The position numbers and the translations under genes are program-made. The notes beneath the pieces are model-generated. The model made no database searches, was not told where the DNA came from, and worked only from the letters and a program-made list of their open reading frames with translations. From Minisyncoccota bacterium (GTDB taxonomy: Bacteria; Patescibacteriota; Minisyncoccia; Phycocordibacterales; UBA9973), in NCBI GenBank assembly GCA_043771685.1, contig JAYVGX010000034.1, positions 11,690 through 75,689 on the forward strand: 64,000 nucleotides of DNA, given 5' to 3'. Positions 1 through 8,611 of this stretch are shown here, piece by piece. How positions within the stretch are numbered: position 1 is the stretch's first letter; each line of letters opens with the position of its first letter.

Positions 1-947
1 ATTACAGGATCGAGCTCTTTTATATACAACCTTACCTTGTTGCGGTCTTCGTCGCACAATACAGCTGTCCCAAAACAAGCCAGAACATTGTAATTGTTAA
101 ACTCACCTATTAATTTATGTTCTAATCTTTCAGTAAAGTCAGCGTTGTCGTGCAAAGCATTCTCTTTATTTAAACTATAAAAATACTTTTTTGCTTTAGA
201 GTCTTTTAACATAAAGCTCCCATATTTATCATCCATATTCGACAAAGCAAAAGCCTCGGCTGGTAATTGGTCAAAGAACTTTTTCTTTGCCTCGGCATAA
301 TTCTCAAAAGTTTTGTGATAGTCTATATGATCATGAGTCAGATTAGTAAAGACTCCACCAGCAAAAGAAAGACCTGCAATTCTTTTTTGATCAATAGCAT
401 GAGAAGAGACTTCCATAAAAACGTACTCACAACCGTGATCAGCCATACGAGAAAGTATTTTGTTTAAAGTTATTGAATCTGGAGTTGTTCGCTCTGCGTC
501 TTGTATTTGATCATTTATTTTTATACAAACTGTACCTATGAGACCTACGCGCCAATCCATCTTGCGATAAAGTTGGTGCAATAATGTCGTCACTGTTGTT
601 TTACCATTGGTACCTGTCACACCGATGAGTTTCAACTTCTCTGTTGGAAAGTCATAGTACGCATGAGCAATGTGCCCAATTGCTTCATGAGTTGATCCCA
701 CGCGGATATATGTCACATCTGTATGGTATGCTATCAATTCTTTTTCGTGGACTATAACAGTTGCGCCATTTTCTATAGCACTCGATATAAAGTTATGCCC
801 ATCGACTTTGTCGCCAGCTAAAGCCACAAATAAACCACTTTCTTTGGCTTCATTAGAAGAAAGATAAATACCAGAAATTTCCCTCTCCAAAAAACCCTTT
901 ACTTCCAATGGGTTTATTTCACCAATTATGTCTTGCAGATGTTTCAT
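1..947 (-). CDS. murE: UDP-N-acetylmuramoyl-L-alanyl-D-glutamate--2,6-diaminopimelate ligase MurE. N-terminal part; the C-terminus runs off the window start.
   Basis: The reverse-strand translation starting at the ATG at 947 reads MKHLQDIIGEINPLEVKGFLERE...GVTGTNGKTT...HDHIDYH. These are Mur ligase ATP-binding and catalytic motifs. It is absent from the ORF track only because it is truncated by the window edge. Confidence 0.8.
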   Translation of the reverse strand, partial: MKHLQDIIGEINPLEVKGFLEREISGIYLSSNEAKESGLFVALAGDKVDGHNFISSAIENGATVIVHEKELIAYHTDVTYIRVGSTHEAIGHIAHAYYDFPTEKLKLIGVTGTNGKTTVTTLLHQLYRKMDWRVGLIGTVCIKINDQIQDAERTTPDSITLNKILSRMADHGCEYVFMEVSSHAIDQKRIAGLSFAGGVFTNLTHDHIDYHKTFENYAEAKKKFFDQLPAEAFALSNMDDKYGSFMLKDSKAKKYFYSLNKENALHDNADFTERLEHKLIGEFNNYNVLACFGTAVLCDEDRNKVRLYIKELDPV

Positions 948-1008
948 AATTAAATTTTAGCACGAAAACAACACAAAAGAAAACAGACAACTCTTGGCGA
1001 ATTGTCTG

Positions 1009-1584
1009 TTATTTTTGTAGCCACTTGTTGTATTCTTCTATTATTATTTGAGGGACACGTTCGATATTGTTTTCTGGTAAACCAGTATCGATGACGCAGT
1101 CGTAGTTAGTTTCATCTTGATGATCATTTATATCATACAAATCCTTATAACGTTTTCTTTCGCTTTCTAAACGAAAATTAATTGCATTCAAAATTGAATC
1201 TTTTGTATGAAAATTACCAGATTCATTTTGTCTGTTTTTGTTTTCTGTATCTTTCAAAATCCTTTCAGCTGCAATTTCTGGTTTTAATTTTAAAAAAACT
1301 TTAAAAGATTCTGGTATGAAGAACCAAGCTAAACGTCCATCGACAACTATATTTTCCATACTTACTAATTCTTTATTTGAATTATCTAAAATCTCGTCGA
1401 TACTTGGATCAGTTTCGGCCGCGATACTTAATTCATTTAGGGTAACTCCTCTTTCTTGAGCCAAGATTCTCATAAAATCACCAGTTGATTTATGAGTATA
1501 CGAAAGTAATGAAGCAACAGCTTTCCCGGTTGTTGATTTACCTGCTCCTAAATTTCCTGTGATTGTTATGATTTGTTTTTTCAT
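1009..1584 (-). CDS. Cytidylate kinase-like / P-loop NMP kinase family protein. The tracked ORF extends to 1668 but starts at a poorly supported Met; the likely start is MKKQIITITG.
   Basis: Walker A motif ITITGNLGAGKST at the N-terminus. The size and layout match the cytidylate_kin2-type small kinases common in reduced genomes. Confidence 0.55.
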   Translation of the reverse strand: MKKQIITITGNLGAGKSTTGKAVASLLSYTHKSTGDFMRILAQERGVTLNELSIAAETDPSIDEILDNSNKELVSMENIVVDGRLAWFFIPESFKVFLKLKPEIAAERILKDTENKNRQNESGNFHTKDSILNAINFRLESERKRYKDLYDINDHQDETNYDCVIDTGLPENNIERVPQIIIEEYNKWLQK

Positions 1585-1675
1585 ATAAAGATAATTAAAG
1601 TTTGAATTTCTTTTAAGAACAATAGCATAGAAAGTAGATATAGTCAAAAAGACTTTTTTTTGATACACTCATAAA

Positions 1676-2911
1676 ATGAAAATCCTTGCTATAGAAACAT
1701 CTTGCGACGAGACAGCTTTATGTATTGTCGAGATGAATCAAGAAAATAACCAAATAAATATAGAGATACAAGCCAATGAAATAGCATCCCAGATAGCACT
1801 CCATGCACAATACGGTGGTGTCTACCCTGCTATGGCTAAACGCGAGCACGTCAAAAACATTTACCCGATTTTAATCCAAGTTTTAAAAGAGAGTAACAAT
1901 TATTTTGAAAGTAAAGACAGTTTTAGTAAAGAGCAAACAGAAAAATTAAAAGAAATTCTAAACCACGAACAAGAATTGTGTGATTTAATTTTAAACTCGT
2001 CGAAATTAGAAAAACCAGACATAGACAACATCGCTGTGACTTATGGTCCAGGGCTCGAGCCAGCACTTTGGGTTGGAGTCAATTTTGCGCAAGCGCTTTC
2101 ATATATCTGGGATATACCACTTCTACCGGTCAATCACATGGAAGGTCATTTAGTTTCGAGTTTACTTCCAATTTACGAAAAAAATAAAAAAATAATTTTA
2201 AAAGAAATGCCAGAAAGTGCAATTGGCCTTTTGGTTTCTGGTGGTCATACACAAATAGTAAAAATAGAAAATAAAAACCAATACGAGATTATCGGACAAA
2301 CTGTCGACGATGCCGTCGGCGAGGCTTATGACAAGGTAGCGCGCATGCTCGAACTGCCTTATCCAGGAGGACCACAGATTTCAAGGCTGGCAGAGATGGG
2401 GCGAGAAGCTCCCCTCCTTATCGAGGAGGGGGTTGGGGGTGGTGATCTAAAAATTAATCACCACCCCGCCTTATCAGGCACCCCTCCTCGTCAAGGAGGG
2501 GGTATCAAATTCCCTCGCCCGATGCTTCACTCAGGTGATTATAATTTTTCTTTCTCAGGATTAAAGACTGCAGTGTTGTACTATATACGTGACAATGAAA
2601 TAAAAAATGAAGAAGACAAAGTAAATATAGCACTTGCTTTCGAAGACGCAGCTGTCGGCGTTCTCGTTTCAAAAACAATGCATGCATTAGAAGAAAATGG
2701 TGCGACTCATTTACTGCTCGGGGGTGGAGTCAGTGCTAATAAACATTTACGATCAGAACTTTTACAGAAATGTGGTGAATCTAATGTAACAATCTATGAA
2801 CCAGTCCGCGAAATAACCGGCGACAATGCTCTGATGATCGCAATGGCAGGATTTTTAAACCCACAAACAACAACACAAAAAGTCACAGCGCAAGGTAATT
2901 TGTCTTTGTAA
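1676..2911 (+). CDS. tsaD: tRNA N6-adenosine threonylcarbamoyltransferase TsaD (Kae1/YgjD family), carrying a ~36-aa in-frame GC-rich insertion.
   Basis: MKILAIETSCDETALCIV, HMEGHL, VSGGHTQ and DFSFSGLKTAV motifs. The insertion REAPLLIEEGVGGGDLKINHHPALSGTPPRQGGGIK lies between the conserved AEMG and FPRPM segments. Confidence 0.9.
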   Translation: MKILAIETSCDETALCIVEMNQENNQINIEIQANEIASQIALHAQYGGVYPAMAKREHVKNIYPILIQVLKESNNYFESKDSFSKEQTEKLKEILNHEQELCDLILNSSKLEKPDIDNIAVTYGPGLEPALWVGVNFAQALSYIWDIPLLPVNHMEGHLVSSLLPIYEKNKKIILKEMPESAIGLLVSGGHTQIVKIENKNQYEIIGQTVDDAVGEAYDKVARMLELPYPGGPQISRLAEMGREAPLLIEEGVGGGDLKINHHPALSGTPPRQGGGIKFPRPMLHSGDYNFSFSGLKTAVLYYIRDNEIKNEEDKVNIALAFEDAAVGVLVSKTMHALEENGATHLLLGGGVSANKHLRSELLQKCGESNVTIYEPVREITGDNALMIAMAGFLNPQTTTQKVTAQGNLSL

Positions 2912-2940
2912 AAACCCTTTTAAAATGTTATATTTTATAC

Positions 2941-5118
2941 ATGCCTGAATACAAAGAACCAAATATTGATAAGAAATTTCTAAAACCATACGACGCCAAT
3001 GAAACTGAAAAAAGGATTTATGAACTTTGGGAGCAAAGTGGTCTATTCAACCCAGATGTATGTGTAGAAAAAGGTCACACTAAAGGTGATGCACTTCCCT
3101 TTACTATCATCATGCCTCCAGCTAATGCCAATGGAAATCTACACGCAGGACACGGTTTAGTTATGACTATCGAGGACATCATCACTCGTTATAAACGCAT
3201 GCAAGGATATAAAGCACTTTGGTTACCGGGACTCGACCATGCTGGTTTTGAAACTCAAGTTGTTTATGAAAAAAAATTAGAAAAAGAAGGACGCTCTCGT
3301 TTTGGTATGGATCGAAATGATTTATACAAAGAAATTTTAGATTTCACAAAAACTAATTCTGTAAATATCCAATCACAGATCCGTGATATGGGTGCTTCTT
3401 GTGATTGGTCACGCGAACAATTCACACTCAATGACAATATAATTAAAACAGTTTACAGTACGTTTAAAAAACTAGAAAACGATGGTCTACTTTATCGTGG
3501 TAAAAAAATAGTGTCTTGGTGTAGTAAACATCAAACATCATTTTCTAATTTGGAAATACTAGATGAAGAAAGAATAGAACCATTTTATTATTTAAAATAC
3601 GGACCATTCATAATAGCTACATCTCGTCCTGAAACAAAGTTCGGTGACAAATACGTTGTCATGCACCCAGACGACACTCGCTATAACCAATACGAACATG
3701 GACAACAATTAGAATTGGAATGGATCAATGGTCCTATCACGACAACTGTTATAAAAGACGAAAGTGTCGACATGGAATTTGGGACTGGAGTCATGACCAT
3801 CACCCCGAACCACGACCAAACAGACTTTGAAATCGCTCAGAGATACAACTTGGACCACGAACAAGTAATAGATGATAACGGTAAATTATTAAACATAGCA
3901 GGCGAATTCTCAGGTTTACATATAAATAAAGCCCGACCTCTTATAATAGAGAAACTGCAATCAAAAGGACTTGTGGATAGAATCGATGAGAACTATAAGC
4001 ATGTAGTCCGAACTTGTTATAAATGCAATACAATTATAGAACCACAAATAAAAAGTCAGTGGTTTATAAATATGAAGCCATTAGCAGAAAAAGCTCTCGA
4101 GAAAATAAACGCTGATGAAATAAAATACATACCTGAGCATTACAAGAAAGTAAGCGTTGCTTGGCTTGAAAATATAATGGATTGGAATATCTCTCGTCAG
4201 ATTGTTTGGGGTATACCGATACCAGCGCAAATATGTGACAGTTGTGATACAGGCTATGTAGACCTAGACAATACTATAAAAACTTGTAAAAAATGTGGCA
4301 AAGAAACAAGAGCAGATGTAGACACTTTTGATACTTGGTTCTCGTCTGGTCAGTGGCCTTATGCGACTCTTGGTTTTCCTGATAATCCAGACTTTAAAAA
4401 TTATTATCCGACCGATGTTATGGAGACAGCCGGAGAAATTATTTTCTTTTGGGTTTCTCGGATGATCATGCTCGGACTTTATGTTACAGGAGAACTCCCT
4501 TTCAAAACTGTTTACTTGCATGGATTAGTCCTTGATGCAAAAGGTAAAAAGATGAGTAAAAGTAAAGGTAATGTTATAAGCCCTTTAGACTTAACAGCCA
4601 AATACGGTACCGATGCATTTCGAATTGGTTTGATAGTTGGAAATACTCCTGGAACTTCCCTTGCACTTTCTGAAGACAAGATACGAGCTTATAAAAACTT
4701 TGCTAACAAGCTCTGGAACATAACTCGCTTTGTTTTAAGTTCAACAGAAGATGTCAAAATAGATTATGATTTTATAAATTATTCTGAAAATGATAAAAAT
4801 TTGATAAAAGAAAGAGATGAACTGATAAATGAATTAACAAAAGAAATGGATGAATTCAAATTCTATATTGCTGCCGAGAAAACATATCATTATATTTGGG
4901 ACACTTATGCAAGTACGATACTCGAAGAAAGTAAAAAGATATTTGAAGATACTAGTGATGAAAATAAAGTTTCTCGCCAGCAATTCTTGCTTCACACTCT
5001 AGAAAAGATTTTAATAATATTGCATCCTTTTATGCCATTTGTCACAGAAGAGATATGGCAAACGTGGAAAAACAACAACAGTATTTTAATGGTCCAGAAA
5101 TGGCCACAAAATAAATAA
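2941..5118 (+). CDS. valS: Valine--tRNA ligase. Short form of 725 aa that lacks the usual C-terminal coiled-coil extension.
   Basis: Class I HIGH-type region PPANANGNLHAGH, then ITRYKRMQGYKALWLPGLDHAGFETQ, DTFDTWFSS and KMSKSKGNVI. All match ValRS signatures. Confidence 0.85.
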   Translation: MPEYKEPNIDKKFLKPYDANETEKRIYELWEQSGLFNPDVCVEKGHTKGDALPFTIIMPPANANGNLHAGHGLVMTIEDIITRYKRMQGYKALWLPGLDHAGFETQVVYEKKLEKEGRSRFGMDRNDLYKEILDFTKTNSVNIQSQIRDMGASCDWSREQFTLNDNIIKTVYSTFKKLENDGLLYRGKKIVSWCSKHQTSFSNLEILDEERIEPFYYLKYGPFIIATSRPETKFGDKYVVMHPDDTRYNQYEHGQQLELEWINGPITTTVIKDESVDMEFGTGVMTITPNHDQTDFEIAQRYNLDHEQVIDDNGKLLNIAGEFSGLHINKARPLIIEKLQSKGLVDRIDENYKHVVRTCYKCNTIIEPQIKSQWFINMKPLAEKALEKINADEIKYIPEHYKKVSVAWLENIMDWNISRQIVWGIPIPAQICDSCDTGYVDLDNTIKTCKKCGKETRADVDTFDTWFSSGQWPYATLGFPDNPDFKNYYPTDVMETAGEIIFFWVSRMIMLGLYVTGELPFKTVYLHGLVLDAKGKKMSKSKGNVISPLDLTAKYGTDAFRIGLIVGNTPGTSLALSEDKIRAYKNFANKLWNITRFVLSSTEDVKIDYDFINYSENDKNLIKERDELINELTKEMDEFKFYIAAEKTYHYIWDTYASTILEESKKIFEDTSDENKVSRQQFLLHTLEKILIILHPFMPFVTEEIWQTWKNNNSILMVQKWPQNK

Positions 5119-5119
5119 T

Positions 5120-5803
5120 ATGCAATTTGAAATACAAACTATAATTTACGCAATCCTCGGTGGTGCACTACCAGCTATTGGATGGTTGTGGTTTTGGATA
5201 CATCAAGAAGACGAGAATCATGAGCCACTGGGGCTTATAGTAATGTCTTTTATTGTGGGCTCTCTACTGGTATTTTTTGCTATTGCCTTAGAACGATTTA
5301 CTTTTAATCTAGGCATACAAGGAACAGCTCAAATAATAGTCTGGGCTGCAATCGAAGAACTTTTGAAGCTAGCTGGTTTTGCTGTTATTATGTATGGACA
5401 TAGTTCCATAGACGAACCTATCGATTATCCGATGTATCTAATCGCTGTTGCTCTAGGTTTTGCTGCTCTTGAGAATGTGCTTTATTTACTTAAACCAGAA
5501 CTAGGTGTAGGAACTATCGTTAGTTTGTTTACTGGTAATTTAAGATTCCTTGGATCAACTCTTTTACACGCGATAGCGAGCTCGATGATTGGTAGTGCCA
5601 TCGCTCTATCTATTTATCTAAATAAAAACCGTGCTCTTTATTTATTTTTTGGAATAACTGCTGCTATAGTATTGCATAGTGTCTTTAATTTTTTTATAAT
5701 GGATGTAAGCGGCAAAAACTTTCTTTCTGTTTTTGGTTTTCTTTGGATTGTCGCGATTATAAATATTTTAATTTTTGAAAAATTAAAACGCATAGGATCT
5801 TAA
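5120..5803 (+). CDS. PrsW-family intramembrane protease-like membrane protein.
   Basis: Polytopic membrane protein with the PrsW/CPBP-like motifs EELLK (EExxK), FAALEN (FxxxEN) and a conserved His-containing helix. Confidence 0.45.
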   Translation: MQFEIQTIIYAILGGALPAIGWLWFWIHQEDENHEPLGLIVMSFIVGSLLVFFAIALERFTFNLGIQGTAQIIVWAAIEELLKLAGFAVIMYGHSSIDEPIDYPMYLIAVALGFAALENVLYLLKPELGVGTIVSLFTGNLRFLGSTLLHAIASSMIGSAIALSIYLNKNRALYLFFGITAAIVLHSVFNFFIMDVSGKNFLSVFGFLWIVAIINILIFEKLKRIGS

Positions 5804-5823
5804 TCTTTATTATAAAATAATAT

Positions 5824-6327
5824 ATGTCAAATAAAAAATCTTTTTTTGAAAGAATAACAGGTAGTATGAAAATGAGCGACGAAGACGAGAGCGATGTCGA
5901 AGCTATCTACGGAAATAGTAAAAAGTTAAATATTATCGAGAAAGAAAATCCATCTACTCATAATCATAATGAAATTTCAGAGAATAACTGGGACGAAGAA
6001 GCTGAACTTACTTGCGATCTTTATGACACTCCAAATGAAATAATTGTTCAGACAATGGTTGCTGGTGTTTCTCCTGAAAATTTATCTATTAACATAACTC
6101 GCGATAGTATAACCATCCGTGGTAAACGTGAAGACACACGATCTGGATCATCTATTAACTTTTTTATACAAGAACTGTACTGGGGTTCTTTTGCTCGAAA
6201 AATAGACCTTCCAGATGAAATAGACCCAGACCAATGTGAAGCTATAGAAAAGCACGGCTTATTGATAGTCAAGATGCCAAAGATAGATAAAAACAGAGAA
6301 ACAAAAGTAAAGATTAAATCTATATAA
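5824..6327 (+). CDS. Hsp20/alpha-crystallin family small heat-shock protein.
   Basis: Alpha-crystallin domain: DLYDTPNEIIVQTMVAGVSPENLSINITRDSITIRGKRE...GSFARKIDLPDEIDPDQCEAIEKHGLLIVKMPK. Confidence 0.8.
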   Translation: MSNKKSFFERITGSMKMSDEDESDVEAIYGNSKKLNIIEKENPSTHNHNEISENNWDEEAELTCDLYDTPNEIIVQTMVAGVSPENLSINITRDSITIRGKREDTRSGSSINFFIQELYWGSFARKIDLPDEIDPDQCEAIEKHGLLIVKMPKIDKNRETKVKIKSI

Positions 6328-6332
6328 GACGA

Positions 6333-6354
6333 AACCGCCTAAGGCGGTTTTTTG
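6333..6354 (+). terminator. Rho-independent terminator after the hsp20 gene.
   Basis: Stem CCGCC/GGCGG with a small loop, followed by TTTTTT. Confidence 0.7.
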
Positions 6355-6436
6355 GTAATTGAAAGATATAGCTTAGGGCGTTAGTGTTCTGTAATCACAG
6401 ATACTTTTATACTCTGCCGCGAAAGTGCGTTGGCAC

Positions 6437-6604
6437 TTTCTCTCAAGCACAAACAAAGACTTGATCTCGCATAATTTTCTGGTGAAAATTTGCACGATCC
6501 CGTCTCGCGCCGTCGCGCTCCGACTTTCAAGTCTGCCGCGAAAGTGAAATTGTTCACTTTCTCTCAAGCACAAACAAAAAAAAAGAGCTTACGCTCTTTT
6601 TTTT
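6437..6604 (-). repeat. Two ~48-nt direct repeats, each with an internal hairpin (GAAAGTG-loop-CACTTTC). An A-run/GAGCTTACGCTC/T-run bidirectional terminator sits immediately 3' of tRNA-Phe.
   Basis: Repeat unit TTTGTTTGTGCTTGAGAGAAAGTG..CACTTTCGCGGCAGA occurs twice (about 6546-6593 and 6413-6460, minus sense). It contains the tRNA acceptor 5' heptamer GCTTGAG. The hairpin GAGCTTACGCTC at 6585-6596 is flanked by A and T runs. Confidence 0.6.
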
Positions 6605-6609
6605 GTTTG

Positions 6610-6683
6610 TGCTTGAGGGCAGACTTGAACTGCCGACATCTCCCTCTTCAGGGGAGCGCTCTACCAACTGAGCTACTCAAGCA
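6610..6683 (-). tRNA. tRNA-Phe (anticodon GAA). CCA is not encoded.
   Basis: Minus-strand sequence GCTTGAGTAGCTCAGTTGGTAGAGCGCTCCCCTGAAGAGGGAGATGTCGGCAGTTCAAGTCTGCCCTCAAGCA. It folds as 7-bp acceptor, D-arm, anticodon loop CTGAAGA and T-arm GGCAG/TTCAAGT/CTGCC. Confidence 0.8.
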
Positions 6684-6828
6684 TTATTAATTTAAACTTA
6701 TACATTACTTTTATATCACGAATTGCTTTTTCTACCAAAACAGCTACTCAAGCATATAATATTTCTTTCATTTAAAAACAACTTATATTTTAAAAACTGC
6801 GTTATTTACCAAAACAACTACTCAAGGA
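6684..6828 (-). repeat. Two tandem degenerate copies of the tRNA-Phe 5' portion (pseudo-tRNA remnants) at ~72-nt periodicity.
   Basis: CTACCAACTGAGCTACTCAAGCA (6661-6683, genuine tRNA) recurs as CTACCAAAACAGCTACTCAAGCA (6734-6756) and TTACCAAAACAACTACTCAAGGA (6806-6828). Each copy is followed by AT-rich sequence instead of the anticodon and T arms. Confidence 0.6.
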
Positions 6829-6846
6829 AATCAAACTAATTCTATT

Positions 6847-7164
6847 TTAATTACTCAATTCTTCTAATAATTTCATTTGAGATTCTTTTAAATCTTGGAC
6901 TGATGATTGTGATGTTCCATCTCCTCCTGTGTATGCATCCAAAACTCCATTAAAGTTTGGCAATATAGACTTGATAAAATATCCTGCTCCAATAAAAGAA
7001 AGAATGATAAATGTCCAATACACAGCACGTGAAATCATATTTATCTTATGACCACGAACAAGCACCTTTAACATATTGTTATTTTCTTTGGCTATTTGGA
7101 CTTCCTCTTTTAAGAGCATTTTTGTTTCTTCATCCATTAGGTCTAATATAGCATATTTAGACAA
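6847..7164 (-). CDS. Hypothetical small membrane protein of 105 aa.
   Basis: Clean ORF with one predicted TM helix (VYWTFIILSFIGAGYFI). No recognisable family. Confidence 0.35.
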   Translation of the reverse strand: MSKYAILDLMDEETKMLLKEEVQIAKENNNMLKVLVRGHKINMISRAVYWTFIILSFIGAGYFIKSILPNFNGVLDAYTGGDGTSQSSVQDLKESQMKLLEELSN

Positions 7165-7212
7165 AAAATAAAAGGCAGTAGTATACTGCCTTTATTGTTA
7201 AATAATGTTTCT

Positions 7213-7506
7213 TTATACAATACTCATTTCGTATGTTGAGTTTTCAGTTTCGATAAAGAATTCTTTTTCGTTTTTTTTAACCACTGTAACAACCATACTT
7301 GTTACAGGATGTTCAAAATTCTGTTGTTCACCATACTTATTTTTTAGAATTCGAAGACACCTTATTGGTGATCCTACGCCTCCACTGTAAAAAACAAATA
7401 GTCTGTGTTTTTTCTTAGCTTTTACTGGTTTTTGATTTTGTCTTGCTAATCTAATTAGCAAAACTTCCGTTCCTGTTGGAACGATCAAAGATGGCATTTT
7501 TTCCAT
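7213..7506 (-). CDS. Hypothetical protein. The likely start is MEKMPSL; the tracked ORF extends to 7617 across a terminator.
   Basis: Open frame with stop at 7213; start chosen at MEKMPSL (7506), downstream of the 7541-7592 hairpin/T-run. No family recognised. Confidence 0.3.
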   Translation of the reverse strand: MEKMPSLIVPTGTEVLLIRLARQNQKPVKAKKKHRLFVFYSGGVGSPIRCLRILKNKYGEQQNFEHPVTSMVVTVVKKNEKEFFIETENSTYEMSIV

Positions 7507-7540
7507 AATTAAATAAGGGTTTAGAATTTTTTTAAAAGAA

Positions 7541-7592
7541 CAAAAAAAACTAGTCTTAAAGTTTTGAGGCTTAAAGACTAGTTTTTGATAAA
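7541..7592 (-). terminator. Bidirectional rho-independent terminator downstream of the tRNA-Arg and HTH gene transcription unit.
   Basis: AAAAAAAACTAGTCTTAAAG...CTTAAAGACTAGTTTTTG: a long stem flanked by an A-run and a T-run. Confidence 0.5.
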
Positions 7593-7854
7593 ATTTTGTG
7601 GAGAGAAATGTTAGCAAAAATCAGTCTTCAAGTTTAAAATACACACCACTTTACGTGTACAATTTTTAAACAGACTAATATTTTTCAAATTTCTTAACAT
7701 ATTTTTATTGTTACATAATGACTCAAACAAGTCAACGAATTTTCCACAAGTGTGTTTATTGTACCAAGCTCGAACCTATTTCCAAAATCGCTAATGTGCC
7801 ACTCGCGGAGCGCGTCCCACCTTCTGGCTTTGAAAAAGCCGTTGAGTTCTGTGT

Positions 7855-7929
7855 TGGTGCCATCGACAGGAATCGAACCTGTATTTAGGGCTTAGGAGTC
7901 CCTCGTTCTATCCATTGAACTACGACGGC
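7855..7929 (-). tRNA. tRNA-Arg (anticodon CCU). CCA is encoded.
   Basis: Minus-strand sequence GCCGTCGTAGTTCAATGGATAGAACGAGGGACTCCTAAGCCCTAAATACAGGTTCGATTCCTGTCGATGGCACCA. Cloverleaf with anticodon loop CTCCTAA and T-loop TTCGATT. Confidence 0.8.
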
Positions 7930-7933
7930 ATTT

Positions 7934-8551
7934 CTATAAAGATTTTTTTATTTCTTTTATTAAACTCATTATTAATTTAAAATAATATTCTGATTTTGTT
8001 ACTCTAACACGACACATACCATACTTCAATTTACCTTCTTTTTTACCGTAAAGAACATTAACATTCAATATTTGATTTAATGGTATCTTTAAAAGATTAG
8101 CCCAATATTTTCTAACGACATCTTTATCTAAATCAGAATAAACACGTAAAGTAATTCTTAAGTCTTCTTTTTGAACTCCAATTTCTTCTAGGCATTTAAT
8201 GAAAATTCTGATCAAATCTGGGTCACTATTAACCAAGTTTAATTCTTTCTTGTTGCCTTCTCCCCAATACAAACACGACAAAATAAAAAGTAAATCCCTA
8301 TTTTTTATATTACCGATTAAATTTTTAGCATTTAATTCAGAATCCTGCCATTTTTTAAAAGAACGAACCTTACTACCTCCTTGTTTGTCTTTCAAAATTT
8401 GAATATATTTTGGTAAAACTACTACCTCTTGAATATACCTATGTATAGTTGCATTACCTCTATTTGTTAATTTTCTTATTTCTGGCAAACTGTGACCCGT
8501 TTGTCTTAATTTTATTATATATTCAATTTCTACATTGTTAAGCCTTTTCAT
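7934..8551 (-). CDS. HTH-domain protein with a possible single-motif LAGLIDADG-like endonuclease core. Tentative.
   Basis: N-terminal HTH (LPEIRKLTNRGNATIHRYI). The central segment LLFILSCLYWGEGNKKELNLV resembles the LAGLIDADG motif (LLxxxxGLxxGDG). The gene abuts tRNA-Arg. Confidence 0.35.
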   Translation of the reverse strand: MKRLNNVEIEYIIKLRQTGHSLPEIRKLTNRGNATIHRYIQEVVVLPKYIQILKDKQGGSKVRSFKKWQDSELNAKNLIGNIKNRDLLFILSCLYWGEGNKKELNLVNSDPDLIRIFIKCLEEIGVQKEDLRITLRVYSDLDKDVVRKYWANLLKIPLNQILNVNVLYGKKEGKLKYGMCRVRVTKSEYYFKLIMSLIKEIKKSL

Positions 8552-8611
8552 AAACTAATTATAACAGAAAATACACTACCATACTAGGACGATAGTGTAC
8601 TTTCTGTTTAC

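Noticed and set aside
2395-2530. Intein in tsaD.
   Set aside because: The insert is only 36 aa, lacks intein splicing motifs (no C/S/T nucleophile plus HN pair), and its DNA is a set of perfect hairpins. A palindromic element fits better than an intein.
1238-4521. Short ORFs 1238-1459 (+), 2505-2687 (-) and 4264-4521 (-) nested in cmk-like, tsaD and valS.
   Set aside because: They are antisense or overlapping frames inside well-supported genes; no independent evidence.
6373-6690. ORFs 6373-6573 (-) and 6490-6690 (+).
   Set aside because: They overlap tRNA-Phe and its terminator and repeats, have no coding-like composition, and are spurious.
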